Shown piece by piece: positions 49,665 through 58,707 of a DNA stretch of 64,000 nucleotides (position 1 is its first letter; each line of letters starts with the position of its first letter). The stretch lies in NCBI GenBank assembly GCA_001000675.1, contig LCHW01000001.1, positions 360,875 to 424,874 on the forward strand, read 5' to 3'. Below the pieces are notes generated by a model, which did no database searches, was not told where the DNA came from, and saw nothing but the letters and a program-made list of their open reading frames with translations. The stretch comes from Candidatus Wolfebacteria bacterium GW2011_GWE2_44_13 (GTDB taxonomy: Bacteria > Patescibacteriota > Minisyncoccia > UBA6257 > UBA9933). The position numbers and the translations under genes were made by a program.

Positions 49665-52169
49665 ATGGAAGACAAGATAAAGATTAAGGGCGCTCGCGTC
49701 CACAATTTAAAAAATATTTCATTGGAACTACCAAAGAATAAATTGGTGGTTTTTACGGGTGTTTCGGGAAGTGGAAAATCATCCCTTGCGTTTGATACTA
49801 TTTTTGCCGAGGGACAGCGACGGTACATTGAGTCTCTTTCTCCATACGCACGGCAATTTCTTGGGCAGATGGAACGTGCTGATGTTGATGAGATTGTGGG
49901 CTTATCTCCGGCTATCGCAATCGACCAACGTGCGCTTTCGCATAACCCGCGCTCAACTGTTGGAACGCTGACGGAAATTTATGATTATTTTCGTATTCTT
50001 TATGCGCGCCTCGGGGATGTGCATTGTCCGCATGACGGCACTAAAATTGAGAAACTCTCTGTTGATGAAATGATCGACATCATTGCGACACGTGCAAAGA
50101 AGGCAAAGCAAAGCGTTGTCACGGTTATGTCTCCCGTAGTGCGCGGACGGAAAGGGGAGTTCTATCAGCAGTTGTATGATTTTCTTGCGCTTGGGTTTTC
50201 TCAGGTGCGTGTTGATGGCGTTATGCACTCGCTTCATGACAAAATAGAGCTTTCGCGCTACAAAGAGCATTCTATTGATTTAGTAATCGACAAGGTGCTG
50301 CTTACAGATACTGCACGTTTACACGAAGCAGTTGAAGGAGCGCTTGATCACAGTAAGGGGCTCGCGACTATTTTAATGGGAGAGCAAAGCGAATCTCCTG
50401 AAGAGTTCATGCTTTCTTCGAAGTGGACCTGTCCGCTCGATAACTTTGTGTTTCCGGATATTGAACCTCGATTGTTTTCGTTTAATAGTCCGCATGGTGC
50501 TTGTGATACGTGTTCAGGATTAGGGAAGACCGACTTGTTTTTGAAGACTATTTGTCCGGATTGTAAGGGGAAGCGGTTGCGTTCGGAATCGTTATCCATT
50601 CGAATAAATGGGAAAAATATTTATGAGGTTGCTTCTATGACCAATGCGGAAGCGCATGCATTTTTTGAGGCGTACGAGAAAAAAATGACCGAACGAGAAA
50701 AGACCATCGCAGCTAATGTAGTTAAGGAAATCAAAGACCGATTGCATTTTTTGCTTGAAGTGGGGCTTGATTATTTAACTATGACTCGCGAAGCAGAAAC
50801 GTTGTCTGGTGGAGAAGCACAGCGTATTCGACTTTCTTCACAAATTGGATCACAACTTTCCAATACATTGTATGTGCTCGATGAGCCAACAATTGGTTTA
50901 CATGAGCGCGATACCGATCGTCTGGTGGGCATTCTTAAGGTGCTTAAAGAACAGAACAACACTGTTATTATTGTAGAACACGATGAAATGACTATTTTGG
51001 AGTCTGACTTTTTAGTTGACTTTGGTCCGTTTGCTGGAAAACATGGCGGAGAAATTGTTGCCGTTGGTGAAACAGCGAAGCTGCTAAAGAATCCAGGAGA
51101 GATGAATTCAATGACCATACAGTATCTTCGTGATGAACGAAAAATCGTTGTTCCAGAGCGTAGGACAAAGGTGCAAGAAAAACTTTCCATTGTCGGTGCT
51201 ACTGCACACAATTTAAAAAACGTGAATGTCGATATTCCATTGCGTAAGCTTGTATGCGTTACGGGTGTTTCGGGGAGCGGTAAATCTACGCTTATTCAAG
51301 ATGCGCTGTATGAAAATCTAAATTCGCTAAAGGCTCGTATGAACGAACCCCTTATTGGTGTTGCGGATATTACTGGGTCGGAATATATTGATCGTGTTGT
51401 TGCGGTAAACCAGGCACCGATTGGACGAACTCCTCGATCTAATCCAGCTACTTATACCGGCATCTTGACCCCCATCCGTGAATTCTACGCGCAATTACCA
51501 GAAGCGCGAGAACGTGCCTATACGGCATCGCGTTTCTCATTCAACGTTGCAGGAGGACGATGTGAATCATGTCAGGGAGCAGGGCATAACTTAATCGAAA
51601 TGCATTTCTTGCCGCCAGTACTTGTGCAGTGTGAAGTGTGTCATGGAAAGCGATATAATCGTGAGACATTACAGGTAAAACATAAGAAGAAAAGTATTAG
51701 CGATGTGCTTGCTATGACTATTGACGAGGGTGCCGAATTTTTTGACGGCATTTATCAGATTACTGATAAGCTAAAAGTATTGCAGTCGGTTGGACTTGGC
51801 TATTTGCAACTTGGACAAAGCGCAACAACACTTTCTGGCGGAGAAGCGCAGCGTATTAAGCTTGCACGTGAATTAACGCATCCGCTCGGAAAGCGTGTGT
51901 TGTATCTTTTGGATGAGCCTACGGTTGGATTGCATTATTACGATATTGAATTGTTACTAACGGTATTAAATAAGCTTGTAGATAAGGGGCATTCCGTGGT
52001 TGTTATTGAGCATAATATGCACGTTATTAAGTCGGCCGATTATGTTATTGATCTTGGCCCAGAAGGCGGTGCACGTGGCGGGGCAATTGTTGCAAAGGGC
52101 ACACCCGAAGAAGTTGCGGCAAATAAACATAGCATTACGGGGAGCTACCTGAAACATTTTTTGAAATAG
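49665..52169 (+). CDS. uvrA: excinuclease ABC subunit A
   Basis: Two GVSGSGKS Walker A motifs, LSGGEAQRI twice, zinc fingers. Confidence 0.97.
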   Translation: MEDKIKIKGARVHNLKNISLELPKNKLVVFTGVSGSGKSSLAFDTIFAEGQRRYIESLSPYARQFLGQMERADVDEIVGLSPAIAIDQRALSHNPRSTVGTLTEIYDYFRILYARLGDVHCPHDGTKIEKLSVDEMIDIIATRAKKAKQSVVTVMSPVVRGRKGEFYQQLYDFLALGFSQVRVDGVMHSLHDKIELSRYKEHSIDLVIDKVLLTDTARLHEAVEGALDHSKGLATILMGEQSESPEEFMLSSKWTCPLDNFVFPDIEPRLFSFNSPHGACDTCSGLGKTDLFLKTICPDCKGKRLRSESLSIRINGKNIYEVASMTNAEAHAFFEAYEKKMTEREKTIAANVVKEIKDRLHFLLEVGLDYLTMTREAETLSGGEAQRIRLSSQIGSQLSNTLYVLDEPTIGLHERDTDRLVGILKVLKEQNNTVIIVEHDEMTILESDFLVDFGPFAGKHGGEIVAVGETAKLLKNPGEMNSMTIQYLRDERKIVVPERRTKVQEKLSIVGATAHNLKNVNVDIPLRKLVCVTGVSGSGKSTLIQDALYENLNSLKARMNEPLIGVADITGSEYIDRVVAVNQAPIGRTPRSNPATYTGILTPIREFYAQLPEARERAYTASRFSFNVAGGRCESCQGAGHNLIEMHFLPPVLVQCEVCHGKRYNRETLQVKHKKKSISDVLAMTIDEGAEFFDGIYQITDKLKVLQSVGLGYLQLGQSATTLSGGEAQRIKLARELTHPLGKRVLYLLDEPTVGLHYYDIELLLTVLNKLVDKGHSVVVIEHNMHVIKSADYVIDLGPEGGARGGAIVAKGTPEEVAANKHSITGSYLKHFLK

Positions 52170-52202
52170 CGAGTACAGAGGATTGTATGGTATGATAACC
52201 GA

Positions 52203-53417
52203 ATGATTGGAGCATTTAAACAACGTTATTTTGAGGGCAACTTAGCCCAAGGGTTCTTTGCCCTATATACTGGGAAAACGATTTCCAATGTAGCTATTAA
52301 TTTATTTGGCATGTTTTTGCCGATATTTTTATACCGGCTTTTTGATGGTAACTTTACGTTTGTTGCTTTGTATTTTCTCGCGGGGTATTTAATTAATGGC
52401 TTGTCTATTCCGCTTGGAGCCTTCTTTTTGAATCGATATGGGTTTAACCATTCATTGCGATTAAGCACATTTTTTGCTGCAAGTACGTTCGTGATTCTTT
52501 ATTTTATAACGCCGAGCAATATGCTGTATCTGCTTCCGCTCCAGATTGCAGCAACAACAATTTATCGATTACTATTTTGGCTGCCGTATCACGTTGATTT
52601 CGCTACATTTTCTGATGCAACTAAGCGTGGTTCTGAGATTGGTATGTTCGAGGCAACACTCAATGTTATCGGTGTTGTAACCCCTGTGCTTGCCGGGTTT
52701 ATCATTACGCAGTATGGGTTTGGTATTTTGTTTATTATTGCGACGATTATTTTTTTGCTATCGCTTATCCCATACCATTTTATTCCTGAAATAAACGAGC
52801 GTTTTACGTGGACCTATTGGCATACAATCAAGCAGTTAGTGGTAAAAAAGAACAGACGATCAACATTCGCATTTATGGCTGATGGGGCAGAGGAGGTTGT
52901 CGGATTTATTGTGTGGCCAATTGTTATTTATCAACTACTACAAGGGGATATTTTAAAAGTTGGTGTAATATCCACACTTATTGTTGCTGCGACCGTGCTT
53001 GCTGAGCTTGTTGTTGGGAAGTATTCAGATGATAAGAAGATGGAAAAGCAGTTGTTGAAATACGGGAGTATCCTTGCCGCTATTGGGTGGATTTTGAAAA
53101 TATTTATTGTTACGGCGCTGCAAATTTTTGTTGTAGACGCATATCATAAATTAACTAAAATTATGATGAAGATTCCGTTTGTTGCTATGACCTATGAGCG
53201 GGTTGCAGATCGAGGACACTACATCGATGAATATACCGTGCTCTACGAGATGGCTATTAATATGGGACGCGTTATTATGATAGCGGTTATTATTGCTATG
53301 GCGTTTGTTATGCCATTGCAGTGGACGTTTATCTTCGGCGCAATCGCCTCCATTTTCTTAAACGTATTGCGCGTACGACATCACCCACAAGCGCTACGTC
53401 CTGTCGTTACTGCATAA
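52203..53417 (+). CDS. MFS-like transporter
   Basis: About 12 TM segments, 404 aa. Confidence 0.75.
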   Translation: MIGAFKQRYFEGNLAQGFFALYTGKTISNVAINLFGMFLPIFLYRLFDGNFTFVALYFLAGYLINGLSIPLGAFFLNRYGFNHSLRLSTFFAASTFVILYFITPSNMLYLLPLQIAATTIYRLLFWLPYHVDFATFSDATKRGSEIGMFEATLNVIGVVTPVLAGFIITQYGFGILFIIATIIFLLSLIPYHFIPEINERFTWTYWHTIKQLVVKKNRRSTFAFMADGAEEVVGFIVWPIVIYQLLQGDILKVGVISTLIVAATVLAELVVGKYSDDKKMEKQLLKYGSILAAIGWILKIFIVTALQIFVVDAYHKLTKIMMKIPFVAMTYERVADRGHYIDEYTVLYEMAINMGRVIMIAVIIAMAFVMPLQWTFIFGAIASIFLNVLRVRHHPQALRPVVTA

Positions 53418-53515
53418 TATTTCCGTCTTGCGATGGCGCAAATATTGGATTTTGGATATAGGTAAAAAACAGCCAGACGCGGGGTCTGGCTGTGAAGGAT
53501 GTTCTGGTGGGGTGC

Positions 53516-53878
53516 CTAACTTCCTCTGCGACAACCACAAGCCCCGGCCATATTCATTGAAAACTCGGAACATACCTTGGGGACGATACCTGTTGCAGGA
53601 GTTGTTGTTATATATGTAGCAACCACTTCTTCCACAGAGGCTAGGCGCTCTCTATGCTTTCCCAACTCATCCGTATCCCAGAAGACGAGTCCTTTTTGCG
53701 GGCTAATTTTATAGCTGGTATAGCTATAAGAGCGTCCTGGTTGTGGGAGGAGAGTAATAGTGACGAAGCTGCGAATACTCTCTAGCCCGCGCTGGATTAC
53801 CCTGTAACGTTCACTTTGCAAAAATTCTTTTAGCTGTCGTAGCTCAGATTCGTAACTTATCTCTTCCATAACGCACAT
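53516..53878 (-). CDS. orphan protein (solo gene)
   Basis: 120-aa ORF divergent from uvrC, purine-rich AAAGGG upstream, terminator-like hairpin ~53471-53492; start uncertain. Confidence 0.55.
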   Translation of the reverse strand: MCVMEEISYESELRQLKEFLQSERYRVIQRGLESIRSFVTITLLPQPGRSYSYTSYKISPQKGLVFWDTDELGKHRERLASVEEVVATYITTTPATGIVPKVCSEFSMNMAGACGCRRGS

Positions 53879-53932
53879 CCCTTTCGAAGTATTGATTTGG
53901 AACTAAATATATAATATACTGTTTCTATAAAT

Positions 53933-55144
53933 ATGTCAACGTTATCTGATCGTGTAAAGTTGTTTCCGGATAGTCCGGGGGTGTACCGATTCCTCGATGC
54001 TAATGGGGCTATTTTGTATATCGGGCGGGCAACGTCATTGCGCAAGCGGGTGAGTCAATATTTTACAAAGCGCATTGATGAGCGCATCGCCGAAATGGTT
54101 TCATTGGCGCGCGAGGTGCGGTATGAACAAACCGATACAGTGCTCGAAGCTATTATTCTTGAGGCAAATTGTATTAAAAAGCATTGGCCTAAATACAATG
54201 TAAAAGATAAGGACAATCGTTCGTTCTTATATATTGTTATTCCAAAAACTGATTATCCGAAACCGCTCATTGTGCGACATCGAGAATTGGAAAAATTTTC
54301 TGCAGTAAAGGCACACATTTTTGGACCCTATCAAAGTGCTACGTTGATAAAAAATGCGCTAAAAATTATTCGGCGTGTTTTTCCGTATGGAACGTGTGTG
54401 CCTAATTCTGGCCCCGTAAAGTCGCCGGCTGGCGACCACGTGGCAAGCAAACCCTGTTTTGATTATCAGATAGGGTTATGTCCTGGTGTTTGCGTTGGGG
54501 CGATCTCAAAGAAGGATTATCAAAAAAATATTAGTAATATTGTTTTGCTCTTATCGGGGAAGCGAGAACTTCTTTTAAAACGTCTTGCAAAAACGTTTCC
54601 AGAAAAAGCTGCAAGCTTGAAACATATCCAAGATGTGTCATTGATCACGCGCGATGAATTAACACAAGAACAAACAGAAGCACATCGTATTGAAGGGTAT
54701 GACATCTCCCATCTTACGGGTAAAGAAACGTATGGATCTATGGTTGTATTTACCGATGGAGAACCTGATAAAGAACAGTACCGCTCCTTTAGCATTAACA
54801 ATGCTGCGGCAAGCGATGATTTGCACGCGCTGGAGGAAATGGTTATTCGTCGATTCCGGCACACCGAATGGGATATGCCCGATTTAGTTATGATTGATGG
54901 AGGGAAGCCGCAGGTAGATCACATTGCGGGCGTATTTAGGCGACATAATATTGTCATTCCAATCGTGGGTATTTCAAAGTATGCAGGAGATTCGCTTGTA
55001 TTTCCTTTGGGCATAAAAGCATCGATGCGAGATCTTGCTCGCAGTGTAAAGCCAATATTATTGCGTGTTCGCGATGAAGCGCATCGTTTTGCATTACGCG
55101 CAAGCCGTCGCAAGCGAGATAGTCGCATTCCTAAGCTGCGATAA
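53933..55144 (+). CDS. uvrC: excinuclease ABC subunit C (short form)
   Basis: GIY-YIG PDSPGVY..LYIGRA, RIEGYDISH, PDLVMIDGG, RDEAHRFA. Confidence 0.93.
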   Translation: MSTLSDRVKLFPDSPGVYRFLDANGAILYIGRATSLRKRVSQYFTKRIDERIAEMVSLAREVRYEQTDTVLEAIILEANCIKKHWPKYNVKDKDNRSFLYIVIPKTDYPKPLIVRHRELEKFSAVKAHIFGPYQSATLIKNALKIIRRVFPYGTCVPNSGPVKSPAGDHVASKPCFDYQIGLCPGVCVGAISKKDYQKNISNIVLLLSGKRELLLKRLAKTFPEKAASLKHIQDVSLITRDELTQEQTEAHRIEGYDISHLTGKETYGSMVVFTDGEPDKEQYRSFSINNAAASDDLHALEEMVIRRFRHTEWDMPDLVMIDGGKPQVDHIAGVFRRHNIVIPIVGISKYAGDSLVFPLGIKASMRDLARSVKPILLRVRDEAHRFALRASRRKRDSRIPKLR

Positions 55145-55186
55145 ATGCGGAGCATAATTCACGGAGGATGTGATATACTAAATAGT

Positions 55187-55642
55187 ATGCATACACACAT
55201 GAACTATTCGCGCATTACGGACCAAATTTATATTGGTACGAATTTTTGTTGTGGTACTCATTTTGACCCCGAGCTATTAAAGCAGGGCGTTGTGTACGAT
55301 CTTAGTCTTGAAGAGGGGCGTGTTGACTCGCCGGTGGGCGCAGCCGCATATTTATGGCTTCCTATAGAAGACATGCATGCTCCAACGGAGCAGCAATTTT
55401 TTATGGGTATTTCTTTTATTGATACTGCGATAAAATCTGGACGCAAAGTGTATGTGCATTGCAAAAATGGACATGGCCGAGCGCCCACAATGGTGGCTGG
55501 ATATTTTATTGCGAATGGATCAACGACCGACGAAGCTATTGCGCTTATTGCGCGAAAGCGTCCTGAGATTCATTTGCAATCTATACAAATCGACGCATTG
55601 CGTCGTTTTGAGCAAGCCTATCGCGAGCAAAAGAGAGCCTAA
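55187..55642 (+). CDS. dual-specificity protein phosphatase
   Basis: VYVHCKNGHGRAPT (HCX5R), WLPIED. Confidence 0.9.
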   Translation: MHTHMNYSRITDQIYIGTNFCCGTHFDPELLKQGVVYDLSLEEGRVDSPVGAAAYLWLPIEDMHAPTEQQFFMGISFIDTAIKSGRKVYVHCKNGHGRAPTMVAGYFIANGSTTDEAIALIARKRPEIHLQSIQIDALRRFEQAYREQKRA

Positions 55643-55727
55643 GAGAAGAGGCTATATAAAGCCCTATTATCAAAACGCTAATACCTTGCTACAATAGGAA
55701 CAGCCTATATTAATTACTATAAACATT

Positions 55728-56285
55728 ATGCTTACAACAACAAACATTATTCTTCTTGTCGTCGGATTGCTAATCGTGTGGATCGTCCTTGCGTTTAACG
55801 GACTTGTGCGCCTACGCTTCCGCGTGCGAGAAGCGTGGTCTGATATCGAAGTGCAGTTAAAGCGTCGCTACGATCTTATCCCTAATCTTATCGAAACCGT
55901 AAAGGGATACATGACGCATGAGAAAGATGTGTTCGAGAAAGTAACACAGGCTCGAGCGCAATCGTTGTCTGCAAAAGGGCATACTGAAAAGGGGGCTGCA
56001 GAAAGTGAACTTTCTGGCACGCTTAAGACATTGTTTGCAGTCTCTGAAAATTATCCTGATCTAAAGGCAAATGCTAATTTTATGGAATTGCAGCGCGAAC
56101 TATCGGATACGGAAAATAAGATCCAGGCTGCTCGAAGATTCTATAATGGAAATGTTATGGAATATAATACAAAGATTCATGTATTCCCAACTAATGTTAT
56201 CGCAAAGCTTTTTGGATTCTTGATCGAAGAATTTTTCCAGCTTGATAATGATGCAGCAAAAGAACCAGTTGCAGTAAAATTCTAA
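55728..56285 (+). CDS. lemA: LemA family protein
   Basis: AWSDIEVQLKRRYDLIPNL, ENYPDLKAN, ARRFYN. Confidence 0.95.
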   Translation: MLTTTNIILLVVGLLIVWIVLAFNGLVRLRFRVREAWSDIEVQLKRRYDLIPNLIETVKGYMTHEKDVFEKVTQARAQSLSAKGHTEKGAAESELSGTLKTLFAVSENYPDLKANANFMELQRELSDTENKIQAARRFYNGNVMEYNTKIHVFPTNVIAKLFGFLIEEFFQLDNDAAKEPVAVKF

Positions 56286-56291
56286 ACACCT

Positions 56292-56369
56292 ATGAAAAAA
56301 ACATTTACAAAAGCAGTTATTGTTATTGTAGGCATTATTACCGTTATTGGTATGACTGGTATGTTCTAA
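56292..56369 (+). CDS. possible 25-aa single-TM peptide (MKKTFTKAVIVIVGIITVIGMTGMF)
   Basis: Fills the gap between lemA and the hydrolase; basic N-terminus plus hydrophobic helix. Confidence 0.4.
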   Translation: MKKTFTKAVIVIVGIITVIGMTGMF

Positions 56370-56390
56370 TAGTACATACGGCCTTGTTTT

Positions 56391-57059
56391 ATGGAACTGC
56401 TTCATCTCACAACTTCAGATAATATAAAACTTGCGGGGAATTATTTCCCCGTGAGTCCTTCTAAACAACTTAGTCGAAATGGCTGGGTTGTTTTCTTGCA
56501 CATGATGCCCGCTACAAAGGAATCGTGGACGATATTAGCAAGTCAGCTGCAACAAGAAGGGTATGCGGGGCTTGCAATTGATTTGCGCGGGCACGGAATT
56601 TCAGATGGAGGGCCAAAAGGATACACTCAGTTTTCTGATGCAGAACATCAGGATAGTGTTCGTGACGTAGATGCCGCCATCGATTTTCTTACGGGACTTG
56701 GAGCGCGTCCTGAACAGATTATATTTATCGGGGCGTCTATTGGCGCTAACTTGGCACTGCAATACGTCTATCAGCACCGTGCGTTTAAAAAAGCAATATT
56801 GCTTTCTCCTGGATTTAATTATCACGGCATCGCAGTGCAACCCATTGTTTCGCAGATGCCGAGCGATAAGCAACTATTTTATATTGCATCGGAAGATGAC
56901 GTAGATACTACTAATAGTGCAGAGGTCGAGTCTTTGTACGCACTAACTTCGTGCGCAATAAAACAAAAAGAAATAGTTGCAGATGGTGGGCATGGTTCTG
57001 CGATTCTCACACACCACCCAGAGCTTATCGACGAAATCATAACATTTATAAAACAATGA
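56391..57059 (+). CDS. alpha/beta hydrolase
   Basis: IDLRGHG.S, GASIGAN nucleophile elbow, GGHG. Confidence 0.9.
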   Translation: MELLHLTTSDNIKLAGNYFPVSPSKQLSRNGWVVFLHMMPATKESWTILASQLQQEGYAGLAIDLRGHGISDGGPKGYTQFSDAEHQDSVRDVDAAIDFLTGLGARPEQIIFIGASIGANLALQYVYQHRAFKKAILLSPGFNYHGIAVQPIVSQMPSDKQLFYIASEDDVDTTNSAEVESLYALTSCAIKQKEIVADGGHGSAILTHHPELIDEIITFIKQ

Positions 57060-57676
57060 TAAAAAAAGATTATATACTCATCTCTATTATAGGCTTCCTC
57101 TTCGGAATACTATTATATCCAATACTTAAAAATATACAGCTTCCTTTTTTGCAACTCAATGCATTCACGATGACGCTGATCGTACTATTTTTTGTGGTAT
57201 TTTCTAATATCGCACTCGCGATTGCTTTCTTGATTGGCAAGAAGATTCCTTTTGTAATTCAGTTCAGTAAGTTTGCTGCTGTTGGGGCAGTTAATTCTGT
57301 GTTGGATTGGGGTATCCTTAATGTGTTGATTACCTTATCTGGCGTGGCTGCTGGACCGCTGTATGCGCTTTTTAAAGCAGCATCATTTATTATCGCTAAT
57401 ATCAATAGTTATTTTTGGAATAAGCTTTGGGTTTTCCCGGGTAAGGCAAAAATGACTTTCCATGAAGTTATGCAGTTCTTTGTAGTAAGTGCTGTCGGCT
57501 TGGTATTGAATGTCGCTACTGCCGCGCTCGTGGTTAATGGGATTGCAGAACGAGTTGACGGGTTTTCACCTAAGCAATGGGCAAATATCGGAGCTGCTTC
57601 AGCTACAATAATTTCATTGGCTTGGAATTTTGTCGGGTACAAGTTTATCGTGTTCAAAGAAAAAACCATCAGCTGA
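57056..57676 (+). CDS. GtrA-family membrane protein
   Basis: QFSKFAAVGAVNSVLD, NSYFWNKLWVF, WNFVGYKFIVF. Confidence 0.88.
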   Translation: MIKKDYILISIIGFLFGILLYPILKNIQLPFLQLNAFTMTLIVLFFVVFSNIALAIAFLIGKKIPFVIQFSKFAAVGAVNSVLDWGILNVLITLSGVAAGPLYALFKAASFIIANINSYFWNKLWVFPGKAKMTFHEVMQFFVVSAVGLVLNVATAALVVNGIAERVDGFSPKQWANIGAASATIISLAWNFVGYKFIVFKEKTIS

Positions 57677-57793
57677 TGGTTTTTTCTTTTATTGGTTATG
57701 CTATGAAGAACAAAAATAAAAATTATTTTTTGTGTAGGAACGTAAATAAAAAATATTTTTATAAAAATATTTTCTAAAAATGTTTTTTTAGAG

Positions 57794-57802
57794 TTATCCA
57801 CA
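57794..57802 (+). promoter_or_regulatory. perfect DnaA box in an AT-rich intergenic region
   Basis: TTATCCACA. Confidence 0.5.
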
Positions 57803-58011
57803 TTGTAAAAAATATTTTTATAGTTCAAAATTAAAGTATAAGAAGAATAATAAATTAAAAATAAATAAATTCATTTTTTATTTTCAATTTTATTTTTTTT
57901 ATCCATGGGTTATCGGTTTAAAATAATTTGATTGGTCGACAAATTAATTTTAAATATATAAATTAATTATTACGTGTGTGCACTTTGGTGTATGCGCAAC
58001 ATAAAAAAATT

Positions 58012-58164
58012 ATGGCAGCAAAAAAAGCAGCTAAAAAGGCAGTAAAGAAAGTAGCTAAGAAGGCAGTAAAGAAGGCCGCTAAGAAAGTAGTAAAGAAAGC
58101 GGTAAAGAAGGTGGCTAAGAAGGTAGTAAAGAAGGCCACAAAAAAGGTAGCAAAAAAGAAATAA
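58012..58164 (+). CDS. 50-aa histone H1-like (Lys/Ala/Val repeat) protein
   Basis: MAAKKAAKKAVKKVAKK...; synonymous codon variation between repeats; terminator 58172-58209. Confidence 0.85.
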   Translation: MAAKKAAKKAVKKVAKKAVKKAAKKVVKKAVKKVAKKVVKKATKKVAKKK

Positions 58165-58259
58165 GTACCTAAAAAACAGCCCCCGGGAGTCTTCCCAGGG
58201 CTGTTTTTTTGTGGTATTATACAAGTAATAAACAGGGGATTAATTAATTGAAAAAGCCT

Positions 58260-58613
58260 ATGCAAATCATCATTAAAACAACGCAAATAGAGCTTACGGA
58301 TGCGCTTAACCAGTACGTAGAAGATCGCATCAAATCGCTTGAAAAGTATATTGGCAGATTTGAGGAACAAGGAGAGTCAGTTGCTCGCGTAGAGCTTGCT
58401 CGCACAACACAGCATCATCGCAATGGAGATGTGTTTAACGTAGAAGTTAATTTACAGCTTGATGGAGAAGTTATTCGTGCAGAACGTGATGGTGAAGATA
58501 TGTACGCAACAATCGATGCAGTAAAAGATGTGCTTAAAGTCGAAATCCAGAAGTTTAAGGATCTCCGCGTTGATAAGCCAATATCTGATGCACAGCGAGC
58601 AGAAGAGGTATAA
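58260..58613 (+). CDS. hpf: ribosome hibernation factor HPF/RaiA
   Basis: IELTDALNQYVEDRI, DMYATID. Confidence 0.9.
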   Translation: MQIIIKTTQIELTDALNQYVEDRIKSLEKYIGRFEEQGESVARVELARTTQHHRNGDVFNVEVNLQLDGEVIRAERDGEDMYATIDAVKDVLKVEIQKFKDLRVDKPISDAQRAEEV

Positions 58614-58707
58614 GAGTAATAAAACAACCCGTATACTACAATGCAGGGAGCGAATAATGCTTCCTGTATTCGTTTCTTAGTGATAGTCATTATAAATTTG
58701 TATTTGT

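Noticed and set aside
49056-49680. ORFs 49056-49340, 49129-49404 and 49423-49680
   Set aside because: No protein motifs; they overlap the repeat, terminator and structured RNA and are explained by high GC
57680-57970. Replication origin
   Set aside because: Only one perfect DnaA box, no dnaA/dnaN nearby, and gene orientation stays on + on both sides
57963-58370. Minus-strand Phe-rich ORFs
   Set aside because: Antisense shadow of the Lys-rich histone-like gene
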